This document shows positions 48,278-59,448 of a stretch of DNA of 64,000 nt, piece after piece. Below the pieces are notes generated by a model. It worked only from the letters and a program-made list of their open reading frames with translations. It did no database searches and had not been told where the DNA came from. Made by a program: the position numbers and the translations under genes. Numbering within the stretch: position 1 is the stretch's first letter; each line of letters begins with the position of its first letter. Origin of the DNA: Malacoraja senta (taxonomy: Eukaryota); contig CM075996.1 in the NCBI GenBank assembly GCA_038087875.1, forward strand, positions 8,000,001 through 8,064,000, read 5' to 3'.

Positions 48278-48564
48278 TGGCGGCACGGTGCCACAGCGGT
48301 AGAGTTGCTGCCTTACAGCGCCAGAGACCCTGGTTTGAAACTGACTGCAGGTGCTGTCTGTACGGAGTTTGTACGCTCTCTCTGTAACCACGTGGGTTTT
48401 CTCCGCATTGTTTGGTTTCCTTCCACATCCCAAGACGTACAGGATTGTAGATTAACTGTAAATTGTCAATAGTGTGTGGGATAGAACTAGTGTAGGGGTG
48501 ATCTCTGGTCGGCGTGGACTCGGTGGGCCGAAGGGCCTGTTTCAACTTGTAACTCTAAACTAAA
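48278..48564 (+). mobile_element. tRNA-derived V-SINE (HE1-like), near full length
   Basis: tRNA-like head, central gggttttctcc...ggtttccttccaca domain, (taaac)n tail. Confidence 0.85.
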
Positions 48565-48565
48565 C

Positions 48566-48652
48566 AATGCCTTGTCAATTTCAATGCCTTGTCAATTTCA
48601 TGCCGTGTCAGTTTCAATGCCTTGTCAATTTCAATGCCCTGACAATTTCAAT
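48566..48652. repeat. 17-bp tandem repeat (about 5 copies)
   Basis: aatgccttgtcaatttc repeated. Confidence 0.8.
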
Positions 48653-48749
48653 AGCCTCCGTAGTGTAACGAGCAGCCTGCGTTCTTAAAGATCTATAAAT
48701 AAATCTGTTATAAAGAAGTCTGTAATAGTGAGGGTTTACTGTAGTAAAA

Positions 48750-49505
48750 CAGGTTGACATCTTAACACCACAAAAACCAAGGAGATAGTTGTGGACTTCA
48801 GGAGGGGGAGGAGGAAGACTCAAGCAACACCAATCACCATTAAGGGCACTGAGGTGGAGGTGGTCGCTAACCACAGGTACCTTGGTGTGCAGCTTGACAG
48901 GAGCTGGACTGGAAGTGTCATATGGAGACGGTGTACAGGAAGGGACAAAGCCGACTGTATTTTTTAAGGAGGCTGAGGGCATTTAACATTCGCCAACCCT
49001 ACTGTGCAGTGTCTACCATTCAGTGGTGGCCAGTGCTCTGTTTTTTGCGGTGGCCTGTTGGGGAGATGGCGCTCGCATAGCGGACAAAAACAGACTGGAC
49101 AACTGATCAGGAAAGCCGGCTCAGTGGTCGGGGCTGAGCAACGAACGGTCCAGCAGGTGGCAGAGGCCAGAACACTGAAAAAACTGGTTTCTATAATGAC
49201 CAACCCCACTCACCCACTCCATGCCCTGAAGGTGATCAAGAGCAGCATCTTCAGTCAGAGACTGATTGCACCAATGTGCAAAACGGAGAGACATAGGAAG
49301 TCCTGCTTACCAGCTGCGATAAGATTATACAATGCGCATAAATAACTGCACTTTTTTTAAATTAATTGTATTTTAACTTGTATTTTAACTTGTATTTTAA
49401 CTTGTTAAGTATGGAAGCTATTTGTGGTGTTATGTCTGTCTTGAAGCTGTCGTGGCATTGTAATTTCCTGCAAAGGATTATTAAAGGTATATCTTATCTT
49501 ATCTT
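48750..49505 (+). mobile_element. Rex1/L2-group LINE 3' fragment (different subfamily)
   Basis: TKEIVVDF, HPLH, RHRKSCLPAAIRLYN; (atctt)n tail. Confidence 0.65.
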
Positions 49506-49552
49506 AAAGGTATATCTGACAATAGCTGCCTCCATGCTGCAGCCTATCCTAC

Positions 49553-49632
49553 CTCCATGTACCTCGGAGGTTCCCCGCTGCAACAGGATTTTGCCACTTT
49601 CTTCTGTTATCGATTTATTTCCCTGCAAAAGC
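49553..49632 (-). CDS. SERHL2: SERHL coding exon: (R)LLQGNKSITEESGKILLQRGTSEVHG(G)
   Basis: ttcag acceptor, gtagga donor, 80 nt; matches the RLL..N..L.EE.G..LLQRGT motif. Confidence 0.9.
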
Positions 49633-51009
49633 CTGAAGGCAAAAGAAAGATTAGTTAAAGAGCAGAGAAAGTGGACATCAAGGCAAAGGAAGGGAACTGA
49701 TGACTGGCCTTTGTTTACTTTGTTCACACAGGGACTGAATCGGTAACACAAGGAACTGCAGATGCTGGAATCTCAGGTCTAAAGAAGTGTCCCAACCCGA
49801 ACCGTTGTCTATCTGGTCCCTCCACAGATGCTGCCGGACTCGCTGAGTTACTCCGGCATGTTGTGCTTTACACCTAGTTTCTGAATTACCAGCTAATCTT
49901 GAAACACAACCTGCATTCAGACCACACTGCCCCTGCGGAATCACTTCCTGCACATCACAGGCCGAGTCCAGAATGGGGCACCGGATTCAGAGATGTCTTA
50001 ATGAGAATCACTAAAATGGCACAAGGAATGAAGAGACATAACGTGGTGGAGTAACTCAGTGGGTCAGGCAGCATCTCTGGAGAACATGGATACATGGCAT
50101 TTCGAGTCACGGCCCTTCTTTGGTCTGAAGGGTCCCAACCAAAACATCACCTCTCATGTTGTAGGAGGGAACTGCAGATGCTGGTTTAATCCGAAGATAG
50201 AACAAAAAGCTCGAGTAACTCGGCGGGACAGGCAGCATGTCTGGAGAGAAGGAATGGGTAACGTTTCAGGTCGAGACCCTTCTTCAGACTGAACGTCACC
50301 TCTCATGTTCTCCAGAGATGCTGACTGACCCATCGAGTAACTCTAGCTCTCTAAAATTCACCACCCAAGTGGTTTTAGATTTAACTATAAAATTCCAGAG
50401 CATGGGATTGCTGCAATTCTTTATTTGGACATATGATGAGGTGAGAGTGAGAGTGAGAGTGAGAGTGAGACAGAGAGCAAGAGAGAGAGACGGACAGAGA
50501 GAGACAGACAGAGAGAGGGATGGACGGGGGGAGGGGGAGGGGGAGGGAGAGGGAGAGGGAGAGGGAGAGGGAGAGGGGGGGGAGAGATAGAGAGAGAGAG
50601 AGTGTGTGTATCTCAGCTGGTGTTTACTTCTCAATGCTGTCCTCCTTCGTTACTCCTGCAGAAAGCATTCTCTCACACTGTTTATGGGAGCTCCGTGTAC
50701 ACAGGTCGGCTGCCACATTTTGACAAGAGTAAGTATATTTCACAATAATTTCATTGCTGTAAAGCAGTGCGGCATCTTCTTTGTCTCTGGAGCTGATAAC
50801 GTTGCTGATTAAGACGAGATGGAAGAGGGGGGAACGGAGAACCATTTTGAGACTGGCATGACTCTGGAAGATTAGATGATGGGACTAGATAGCAATTGAG
50901 ATTCAGGCAATACGAAGATCGACACAAAAAGCTGGAGTAACTCAGTGGGACAGGCAGCATCTCTGGAGAAAAGGAAGAGGTGATGTTTCAGGTTGAGACC
51001 CTTCTTCAG

Positions 51010-51209
51010 NNNNNNNNNNNNNNNNNNNNNNNNNNNNNNNNNNNNNNNNNNNNNNNNNNNNNNNNNNNNNNNNNNNNNNNNNNNNNNNNNNNNNNNNNNN
51101 NNNNNNNNNNNNNNNNNNNNNNNNNNNNNNNNNNNNNNNNNNNNNNNNNNNNNNNNNNNNNNNNNNNNNNNNNNNNNNNNNNNNNNNNNNNNNNNNNNNN
51201 NNNNNNNNN
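51010..51209. other. Assembly gap (200 N)
   Basis: Run of exactly 200 N, flanked on both sides by Penelope-type repeats. Confidence 0.99.
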
Positions 51210-51436
51210 GAAGGTGCAGCAGATGCTGGTTTATACCAAAGATATAGACACAGAAAGCTGGGGTAACTCAGCGGGACAGACAGCATCTCTGGAGAAAGGG
51301 AACAGGTGATGTATCGGAACAGAACCCTTCTTCAGACTGAAAGACAGAGAAGGGCAGAGCAAAAGTGGGCCGGCAACTGATGACCTCAGGAAGGGTGGAG
51401 TCCACAATGGCCCCATTATTGGCTGGGAAAGAGATA

Positions 51437-51665
51437 AGGGCCTGTCCCACTTAGGCGATTTTTTTTAGGCGAGTACAAGCGACTGCCGCAATATTTCCAA
51501 CATGTTGAAAGTTTTTCGGCGACAATGGCGACAATTTTGTTGTCGTAGGTGCTGTCGTAGGTTGTCGCCAGGTTAACGTAGGTTGTCGCCAGGTGACGTA
51601 AGTAAATTCCATTGTCTACGTTCCCTGGCAGTCACCTAAAAAATCGCCAAAGTGGGACAGGCCCT
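51437..51665. mobile_element. PIF/Harbinger MITE
   Basis: TIR agggcctgtcccactt / aagtgggacaggccct; TSD ATA. Confidence 0.82.
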
Positions 51666-52319
51666 ATAGGTTGCGAACAGTGGAACTAGTAGGATGACTA
51701 GGTTTGGGGTGCGGGGGGGGGGGGGGGGGGCACCAACGTTCATACTGCTGGGTTGAAGCTGCCCAAACGGAATTTTGTGTCCATCTCTTATCTACCTGCA
51801 TATAATCCCTCCATTCCCTGCATATCCATCTGCCTAAGTACGTTTATTAGCCAAGTATTCACATACAAGGAATTTGCCTTCGTGCTCCGCCCACAAGTAA
51901 CAACATGACATACAGTGACAGTTACGAATGACTCAGAAAACACTAAACATTAATAATAATAAAACATTAAAGTCTCTTAAATGCCACTATTACATTTGGC
52001 CACAACCAGCACCCCTGGCAGCACGTTCCAGGCACTCACCACTGGTGTAAAAAACTTGCCCCCATACATCTCCTTTAAACATTGCCCCTCTTACCTTATC
52101 GCTACGGCCTCTAGCATTTGATTTTTCCATCCTGAGAAGCAGGCTAACATAGAAATGTAGAAACATACAAAATAGGTGCAGGAGGAGGCCATTTGGCCCT
52201 TCAAGCCTGCACCGCCATTCATTGTTATAATGGCTGATCATCCACAATCAGTAACCCGTGCCTGCCTTCTCCCCATATCCCTTGATTCCGCTAGCCCCTT
52301 AGATAGAGAGCTCTATCTA

Positions 52320-53181
52320 TGCCCCTGTCCCACTTAGGAAACCTGAACGGAAACCTCTGGTGACCTTGCGCCCCACCCAAGGTTTCCATGAGTCGCCAGA
52401 GGTTTTGGTCACTCGCCTGGAAAGCCTTGACCGAAGCGTGAGCTGCATCTACTGACCAAAGATCCTAGAGGATCTTTGCTACCGACCGCACACACATACA
52501 CAAACATATCTCGAAGGTGGGGGCCAGGGACAGCGGAGGAGCGCTGTCTGCGCGATGAATAGGAAGGTAAACGGCTGCCACAGAGCACGGTAAGTCCTTT
52601 AGAGAGCGCGGGAGGGAGGGAGAGAAGGGGAAAGAAGGGGAGAGAAGGACAGAGAAGGGGAGAGAGAAGGGGAAGAGAAGGTGAGAGAGAAGGGGAGAGA
52701 GAAGGTGAGAGAGAAGGTGAGAGAGAAGGGGAGAGAGAAAGGGAGAGAGAAGGGGAAGAGAAGGGGAAGAGAAGGGGAAGAGAAGGAGTGGAGACAGTTT
52801 TAAGAAGTTTAATAAAGTTAGCGGGCATTTTACCTTCCGGCGGATCTTCTAGGTTCTGAAAACCAAAGATCCTATAGGATCTTTGCTGAAAACTCCAATG
52901 AGCCAATCAAAATGGCCGGTCAGCGAAGGAGATTGCCTTCGACCGCCTATAAGTAAATAGCGACCCCACTCCACTGGCTTCGACCAACCTATTTTTAGTC
53001 GAGGCCGGTTTTGAATTTGTTGAAATAATCGCAGGAACATAGAAGAAGCCTCGATTACGCGGAAACCACTTTCGACCATTAGGGAGAGTGACCAGAACCT
53101 CCGGGAACCTCACGGAAACCTTGGGTGGTGCGCAAGGTCACCAGAGGTTTCTGTTCTGGTTTCCTAAGTGGGACAGGGGCT
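52320..53181. mobile_element. PIF/Harbinger-type element with ~70-bp TIRs, inserted in a CR1 3' end
   Basis: gcccctgtcccacttaggaaacc / ggtttcctaagtgggacaggggc; interior similar to 37032-37807. Confidence 0.8.
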
Positions 53182-53758
53182 TAACTTTCTTTAAAATGTA
53201 TCCAGTGAATTGGCCTCTACTGCCTTCTGTGGCAGAGAATTCCACAAATTCACAACTCTCTAGGTGAAAAAGTTTTTTCTCATCTCAGTTTTAAATGGCC
53301 TCCCCTTTATTCTTAGACTGTGGCCCCTAGTCCTGGACTCCCCCATCATTGGGAACATTTTTCCTGCATCTAGCTTGTCCAGTCCTTTTTATAATTGTAT
53401 ACGTTTCTATAAGATTCCCTCTCATCCTTCTATTTCTGACTGTCTGCCCTATCTATACCTCTCATCATTTTACATACTTCTAACAGAATTCCCCACAGCC
53501 ACCAGTATTCCAGAGAAAACAATCTATGTCTATCCAACTAGACTCCGTGGAATTATTTGCCACAGAGGGCTGTGGAGGCAAAGTCAGTAGATATATTTAA
53601 GGCAGAGATAGATAGATTCTTGATTAGTATGGGTGTCAGAGGTTATGGGGAGAAGGCAGGAGAATGGGGTTAGGAGAGATAGATCAGCCATAATTGAATT
53701 GCAGAGTAGACTTGGACGGCAGAATGGCCTAATTCTACTCCTATCACTTATAGTCTTA

Positions 53759-54320
53759 TAGAAACAAAGAAACATAGAAAATAGGTGCAGGAGGAGGCCA
53801 TTCGGCCCTTCGACCCAGCACCGCCATTCATTGCGATCATGGCTGATCGTCCCCAATCAATAACCCGTGCCTGCCATCTCCCCATATCCCTTGATTCCAC
53901 TAGCCTCTAGAGCTCTATCTAACTCTCTCTTAAATCCATCCAGTGATTTGGCCTCCACTGCCCTGTGTGGCAGGGAATTCCACAAATTCACAACTCTCTG
54001 GGTGAAAACGTTTTTTCTCACCTCAGTCTTAAATGGCCTCCCCTATATTCTAAGACTGTGGCCCCTGGTTCTGGACTCGCCCAACATTGGGAAAAATTTT
54101 CCTGCATCTAGCTTGTCCAGTCCTTTTATAATTTTATATGTTTCTATAAGATTGCCCCTCATCCTTCTAAACTCCAGTGAATACAAGCCTAGTCTTTTCA
54201 ATCTTTCCTCATATGACAGTCCAGCCATTCCAGGGATCAATCTCGTGAACCTACGCTGCACTGCCTCAATCACAAGGATGTACTTCCTCAAATTAGGAGA
54301 CCAAAACTGTACCCAATACG
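53759..54320 (-). mobile_element. CR1 3' fragment. Other short CR1 3' ends lie at about 2903-3350, 3846-4208, 5032-5175, 30200-30620, 38757-39250, 39261-39557, 41746-42463 and 62167-62379
   Basis: [11 protein letters not shown]...[12 protein letters not shown] and the conserved 3' UTR tcgaagggccgaatggcctcctcctgcacct. Confidence 0.85.
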
Positions 54321-55150
54321 CAATACTTATGATCTAATACCCCCCCTAATCCAGGCATCATTCTGGTAAACCTCCACTGCGCACTTTCCAAAGCTTCCAT
54401 GTTCGGCAGCACAGTTGCGCAGCAGTGGAATGACTACCTTACAGCGCCAGAGACCTGGCTTTGATCCTGACCACGGGTGCGGTCTGTACGGAGTTTGTAC
54501 GTTCTCTCCGTGAGGCGTGGGTTTTCCCCGGGAACTCCGGTTTCCTCCCACACTCCAAAGACGTGCAGGTTTGTGGGATAAATTGGCTTTGGGAAAAATT
54601 GTAAATTGTCCCTAGTCTGTAGGTTGGTGCTAGCGTACGGGAATAGCTGGTCGGTGCGGGCCAAACGGTCTGTTTCCACGCTATATCTCTAAACTAAACT
54701 ATTGTAGATCAGTGTCACTCATGTTATGACATACTGAGGCTCCGCCCACTGGTTTAATAGAAAGCCCTTTTCCTTTTCTTTCCCAGTCTTGAGCAGTATG
54801 TTAAGATGAAGTAACCTATGCTGTATTGCTAATAGGTCTTTGGATCTTAATCACTATGTGTGAGTTAAGTCAATCCAACATGGTGTCAGAAGTGGGACAC
54901 AAACTATTTCCCTCCACAGATGCTGCCTGACCCACAGAGTTCCTCCAGCACTTTCTGTTTAGATTACGACATCTGTGTTTCTCCTGTGTCACAGTCACAG
55001 GGAGATACAAAATGGAAACAGGTCCGCTGAGTCCACACCAACCGTCAACCACCTCTACATGCAAATCTTACATTTATCCCATTGTATTCCCCCTATATTT
55101 CCATCAACTTCCTGCATATTCTTTTACTCACACACACTAGGAGCAACTTA

Positions 55151-55673
55151 AGGGGCTGTCCCACTGCGGCGACCTAATTGGCGAGTTTAGAAGAGTTTAG
55201 GAGAGTTCGGAAAAGTGTCATGTTGAAGACCTCCTTCAACCTCCTTCGACTATGTTGAAGACCAGCTTCGACTAGCTTCGGGAAAATTGGACACCGAATA
55301 GTGGAGAGTGAAGACGACCTCCTTCGATCTCCTTCAACCTCCCTTCAACTATGATGAAGACTATCTACGACTACCTTTGATTACCTTCGACTACCCTCGA
55401 TTACCTACGACTAACATGCCGACCTACTACGACCTACTTCGACTAAACCTACGAGTAAAAAAATATCGATTTTGTTCCATGGCGACCTTTTTTTACTCGC
55501 GGGCATTTTTCAGCATGTTGAAAAATATACTAGTTGAGGCCTCGAGTACGCAGGGGCTCCTCTCAAGCATGAAGAAGAGTTACAAAGACCTCGTGTCGAC
55601 CATGCTGCGAGTATGAGTTGAGGGCAAACTGTTCTGAACTCGCGGATTAGGTCGCCGCAGTGGGACAGCCCCT
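55151..55673. mobile_element. PIF/Harbinger MITE inserted in a SINE
   Basis: TIR aggggctgtcccactgcggcgacctaat with its exact complement at the right end; TSD TTA. Confidence 0.85.
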
Positions 55674-56813
55674 TTACACTGGCCAATTAAACTACAAATC
55701 CAAACATCTTTGAGTCATGGGAGCAAGTTGGAGCACCCGGAGGAAACCCACGCGGACACAGGGAGAACGTGCAAACTCCACGCCCGAAGTCAGAGCTGAA
55801 CCCGGGTTTCTGGCACCTCGAGGCATCTCTGCTGCAGGAAAGTCATTAGAATGATGGCGAGATTTGAAGACTTGAAATCTTAGGTTACTTTTGAGTAACC
55901 TTGTCGAGGTTAGCCAAAGAAAGTTCAAAAAGAGCAGCCGGTCATTGTATCTTTAATAAATATTATACGTGAATACAATCAAGTCAAAGTCAAGTACTGT
56001 GGACAGTGCAAAGGATAAAATACAGAGTGTGGATTCTAGTTCTCAGCGTTGCAGCGCTTCAGTTCCACAGACAATGTCCACAGTGGGTTGAGGGGACTTT
56101 AACCATTCTCTAGCTCATGGAAGGACCCTTCAGACACCTGATATCAGAGGGGGAGATGCTGTTCCTGAGTCTGGTGGTACTTGTGCATGGAAACAGGCCC
56201 TTTGGCCAACCGAGTCCGCGTCGACCATCGATCACCCAATCACATCAGTTCTATGTTATCCACTTGCGCATCCACTCCCTACACATTAGGAACGATTTAT
56301 AGAGGACCACTTAACCTGCAAACCTGCCCCGTCTTTTGGATGTGCGAGGAAATCCACGCAGTCCCAGGGGGAACATGCAAACTCCGCACAAGAGGTCAGG
56401 ATCAAACTCGGGTCTCTGGCCCTGTGAGGCAGCGGTTCTGGCAGCTGTGCCACCGTGCCACCCTCTCTCTATCCCAGCAGCTGGCATCTTGCGGCCCAGA
56501 GATTGTGGCCTCGGATTCCCATCTTGCCCAGGGAGCTTGATTTGGCATTACCGAGCCAAACCCAGGCTCCAACACGTTTTTCAGGTTTTGGTCCCAGGTA
56601 CTATCATCCATTATAATTGTTCTACCCCATACAATCATTATTGCAAATCTAATTCACCTCACGCCAGTGCCTGCTGTGATTATTTCTTTTGAACATGGCT
56701 AGTTTGGATGGCATACAAAACACAGCTTTTCACTGTTCCTCGGTACACGTCAAAATAATAAACCTATACCATGCCATATATCTTAAAAAACAAGATAGTG
56801 ACCAAATACTCAC

Positions 56814-56963
56814 TTTCTGGGAGCAAGGGAATGAGTCGATCGAAAGAGTTTGCGTTATCTGCCCAGCCGTGCAGGCACAACACAGGCCAGCCGTCCGGAC
56901 TTCCCCAGGCCTTGGCGGCAATGTGGCCCCAGGGAACTGTGAGCCGCAGCTCACGGCACAACC
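56814..56963 (-). CDS. SERHL2: Serine hydrolase-like protein early coding exon (exon 2 equivalent): GLCRELRLTVPWGHIAAKAWGSPDGWPVLCLHGWADNANSFDRLIPLLPE
   Basis: Minus-strand ctcacag acceptor and gtgagt donor, 150 nt; VPWGHIAAKAWG...VLCLHGW.DNA.SFDRLIPLLP is characteristic of SERHL/SERHL2. Confidence 0.95.
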
Positions 56964-56984
56964 CTGTGAGGAGACAACAAACAC

Positions 56985-57652
56985 GGGAGGGGGAGAGGGA
57001 GGAAGAGGGAGAGGGAGGAAGAGGGAGGGGGGGAGAGAAGGAGAGGGAGAGGGAGAGAGGGGAGAAAGAGAGAGAGAGAGATGGAGAAACGGTGAGGGAG
57101 AGAGAGAGATAGAGGGCGAGGGAGAGGGAGATATAGAGGGAGAGAGAGGGAGAGAGGGGGAGAGGTAGAGGGAGAGATAGAGGGAGAGATAGAGGGAGAG
57201 ATAGAGGGAGAGATAGAGGGAGAGATAGAGGGAGAGATAGAGGGAGAGATAGAGGGAGAGATAGAGGGAGAGATAGAGGAGAGATAGAGGGAGAGATAGA
57301 GGGAGAGATAGAGGGAGAGATAGAGGGAGAGATAGAGGGAGAGATAGAGGGAGAGACAGAGGGAGAGACAGAGGGAGAGACAGAGGGAGAGATAGAGGGA
57401 GAGATAGAGGGAGATAGAGGGAGATAGAGGGAGAGATAGAGGGAGAAAGAGATAGAGGGAGAAAGAGATAGAGGAGAGAGAGATGGAGGGAGAGAGAGAT
57501 GGAGGGAGAGAGAGATGGAGGGAGAGAGATAGAGGGAGAGATAGAGGGAGAGATAGAGGGACAGAGAGATAGGGGGAGAGAGAGAGGGGGGGGAGAGAGA
57601 GAGAGGGAGAGAGAGATAGGGGGAGGGGGAGGGAGAGCGAAAGGAGGAAAGT

Positions 57653-57689
<37 letters not shown>

Positions 57690-57701
57690 AGAGAGAGAGA
57701 G
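56985..57701. repeat. Polypurine tract with a (GAGAGATAGAGG)n core
   Basis: About 700 nt almost entirely G/A. Confidence 0.95.
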
Positions 57702-58207
57702 AACCAACATTATTGGAGTATTACAAGTATGAAGAAGGGTCTCGACCCAAAATGTCACCCATTCCTTCTCGCCAGAGATGCTGCCTGTCCCGCTGAGTTA
57801 CTCCAGCTTTTTGTGTCTATCTTTGGAGTATTACAGATATACATACAGAGATACAGTGCAGAAACAGGCCCTTCGGCCCACCGAAGCCGCACCCACCAGC
57901 GATCCCCGCACACCAACACTATCCTACACACACTAGGGACAATGATGCCAAGCCAATGAACCTACAAACCTGCACGTCTTTGGAGTGTGGGAGGAAACCG
58001 AAGACTTCGGAGAAACCCAGGCGCACAAACTCTGTACGGACAGCACCCGTAGACAGGATCAAACCCGGGTCTCTGGCGCTGTAAGGCAGCAACCCTACCG
58101 CTGTGCCACCATGCTGCCCTTGCGAGCAATTTTGGGCACCATATCTGAGGAAGGATGTGCTGGCGTTGGAGAGGGTCCAGAGAAGGTTTACGAGAATGAT
58201 TCCAGGA

Positions 58208-58785
58208 CAGAGAGTCGGTTTGTCAAGAAGGACTCTCTCTAACTTCTACAGGTGCACAGTAGAGAGCATGCTGACCGGTTGCATCGTGGCTTGGTTCGGC
58301 AACTTGAGCGCCCTGGAGAGGAAAAGACTACAAAAAGTAGTAAACACTGCCCAGTCCATCATCGGCTCTGACCTCCCTTCCATCGAGGGGATCTATCGCA
58401 GTCGCTGCCTCAAAATGGCTGGCAGTATCATCAAGGACCCACACTATCCTGGCCACACACTCAACACCCTGCTACCTTCAGGTAGAAGGTACAGGAGCCT
58501 GATGACTGCAACAACCAGGTTCAGGAATAGCTACTTCCCCACAGCCATCAGGCTATTAAATTTGGCTCGGACAAAACTCTGAACATTAACAGCCCATATC
58601 TGTTATTTGCACTTTATCTGTTTATTTATTCATTCATGTATGTATATATTTATATAATGGTATATGGACCCACTGATCTGTTTTGTAGTCAATGCCTACT
58701 ATATTCTGTTGTGCTGAAGCAAAGCAAGAATTTCATTGTCCTATCAGGAGCACATGACAATAAACTCTCTTGAACTTGAACTTGA
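58208..58785 (+). mobile_element. Rex1/Babar-like LINE 3' fragment nested in a CR1 fragment
   Basis: Closely similar to 17863-18305; CR1 sequence resumes at about 58787. Confidence 0.8.
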
Positions 58786-59448
58786 TTGAGTGGGTTAACA
58801 TATGACGGTCGTCTGACGGCACTGGACCTGTACTCGCTGGAGTTTCGAAGGATGAGGAGGGACCTCATTGAAACTTACCGAATAGTAAATGGCCTGGATA
58901 GAGTGGTATGGTATAGTACTTCATTTGTCACGTGCACCAAGGTACAGTGAAATTCTTTTTTGTATACAGTTCAGTACAAGTATCACTACATATTAGCATT
59001 TAGAGTGGATGTGGAGAGGATGGTTCCACTAATGGACGTTCCTTTAGAAAGGAGATGAGGAGGAATTTCTTTAGTCAGAGGGTGGTGAATCTGTGGAATT
59101 CTTTCCCACAGAAGGCTGTGGAGGCCAAGTCAATGGATATTTTTAAAGTAGAGATTGATCGATTCTTGTTTAGTAAGGGTGTCAGGGGTTACGGGGTGAA
59201 GGCAGGAGAATGGGGTTAAGAGGGAAAGATAGATCAGCCACGATTGAATGGCAGAGTAGACTTGATGTGCCGAATGGCCTAATTCTGCTCCTATCACTTA
59301 TGACTGTCACAGTAAGGGGAGCTTGTGGACAATTTCTGCTGAGGGATGGCACCAGCAACAACAGGCAGCAGCAGCAGCAGCAATGCTGGGATGCAGTCTG
59401 GTTCAACATGCCCCGCACGCGCGCACGGTTCCTAGAAACCACCAAGGG

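Noticed and set aside
48278..48350. tRNA-like sequences at SINE heads
   Set aside because: Continuous with SINE body and tail, with no complete cloverleaf; not tRNA genes
50611..50900. 73-aa minus-strand ORF considered as a missing SERHL exon
   Set aside because: No similarity to the expected SERHL segment in the frames I read
56730..57758. 342-aa Leu/Ser/Pro-rich minus-strand ORF
   Set aside because: Translation of a GA microsatellite; the real exon is in a different frame
58103..58582. 159-aa ORF fusing CR1 and Rex1-like RT segments
   Set aside because: Chance in-frame junction of a nested insertion; CR1 resumes after the Rex1-like tail
59320..59448. Unique segment with (CAG)n, considered as SERHL exon 1
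   Set aside because: No suitable GT donor in the required phase and no recognisable homology; exon 1 is probably outside the window
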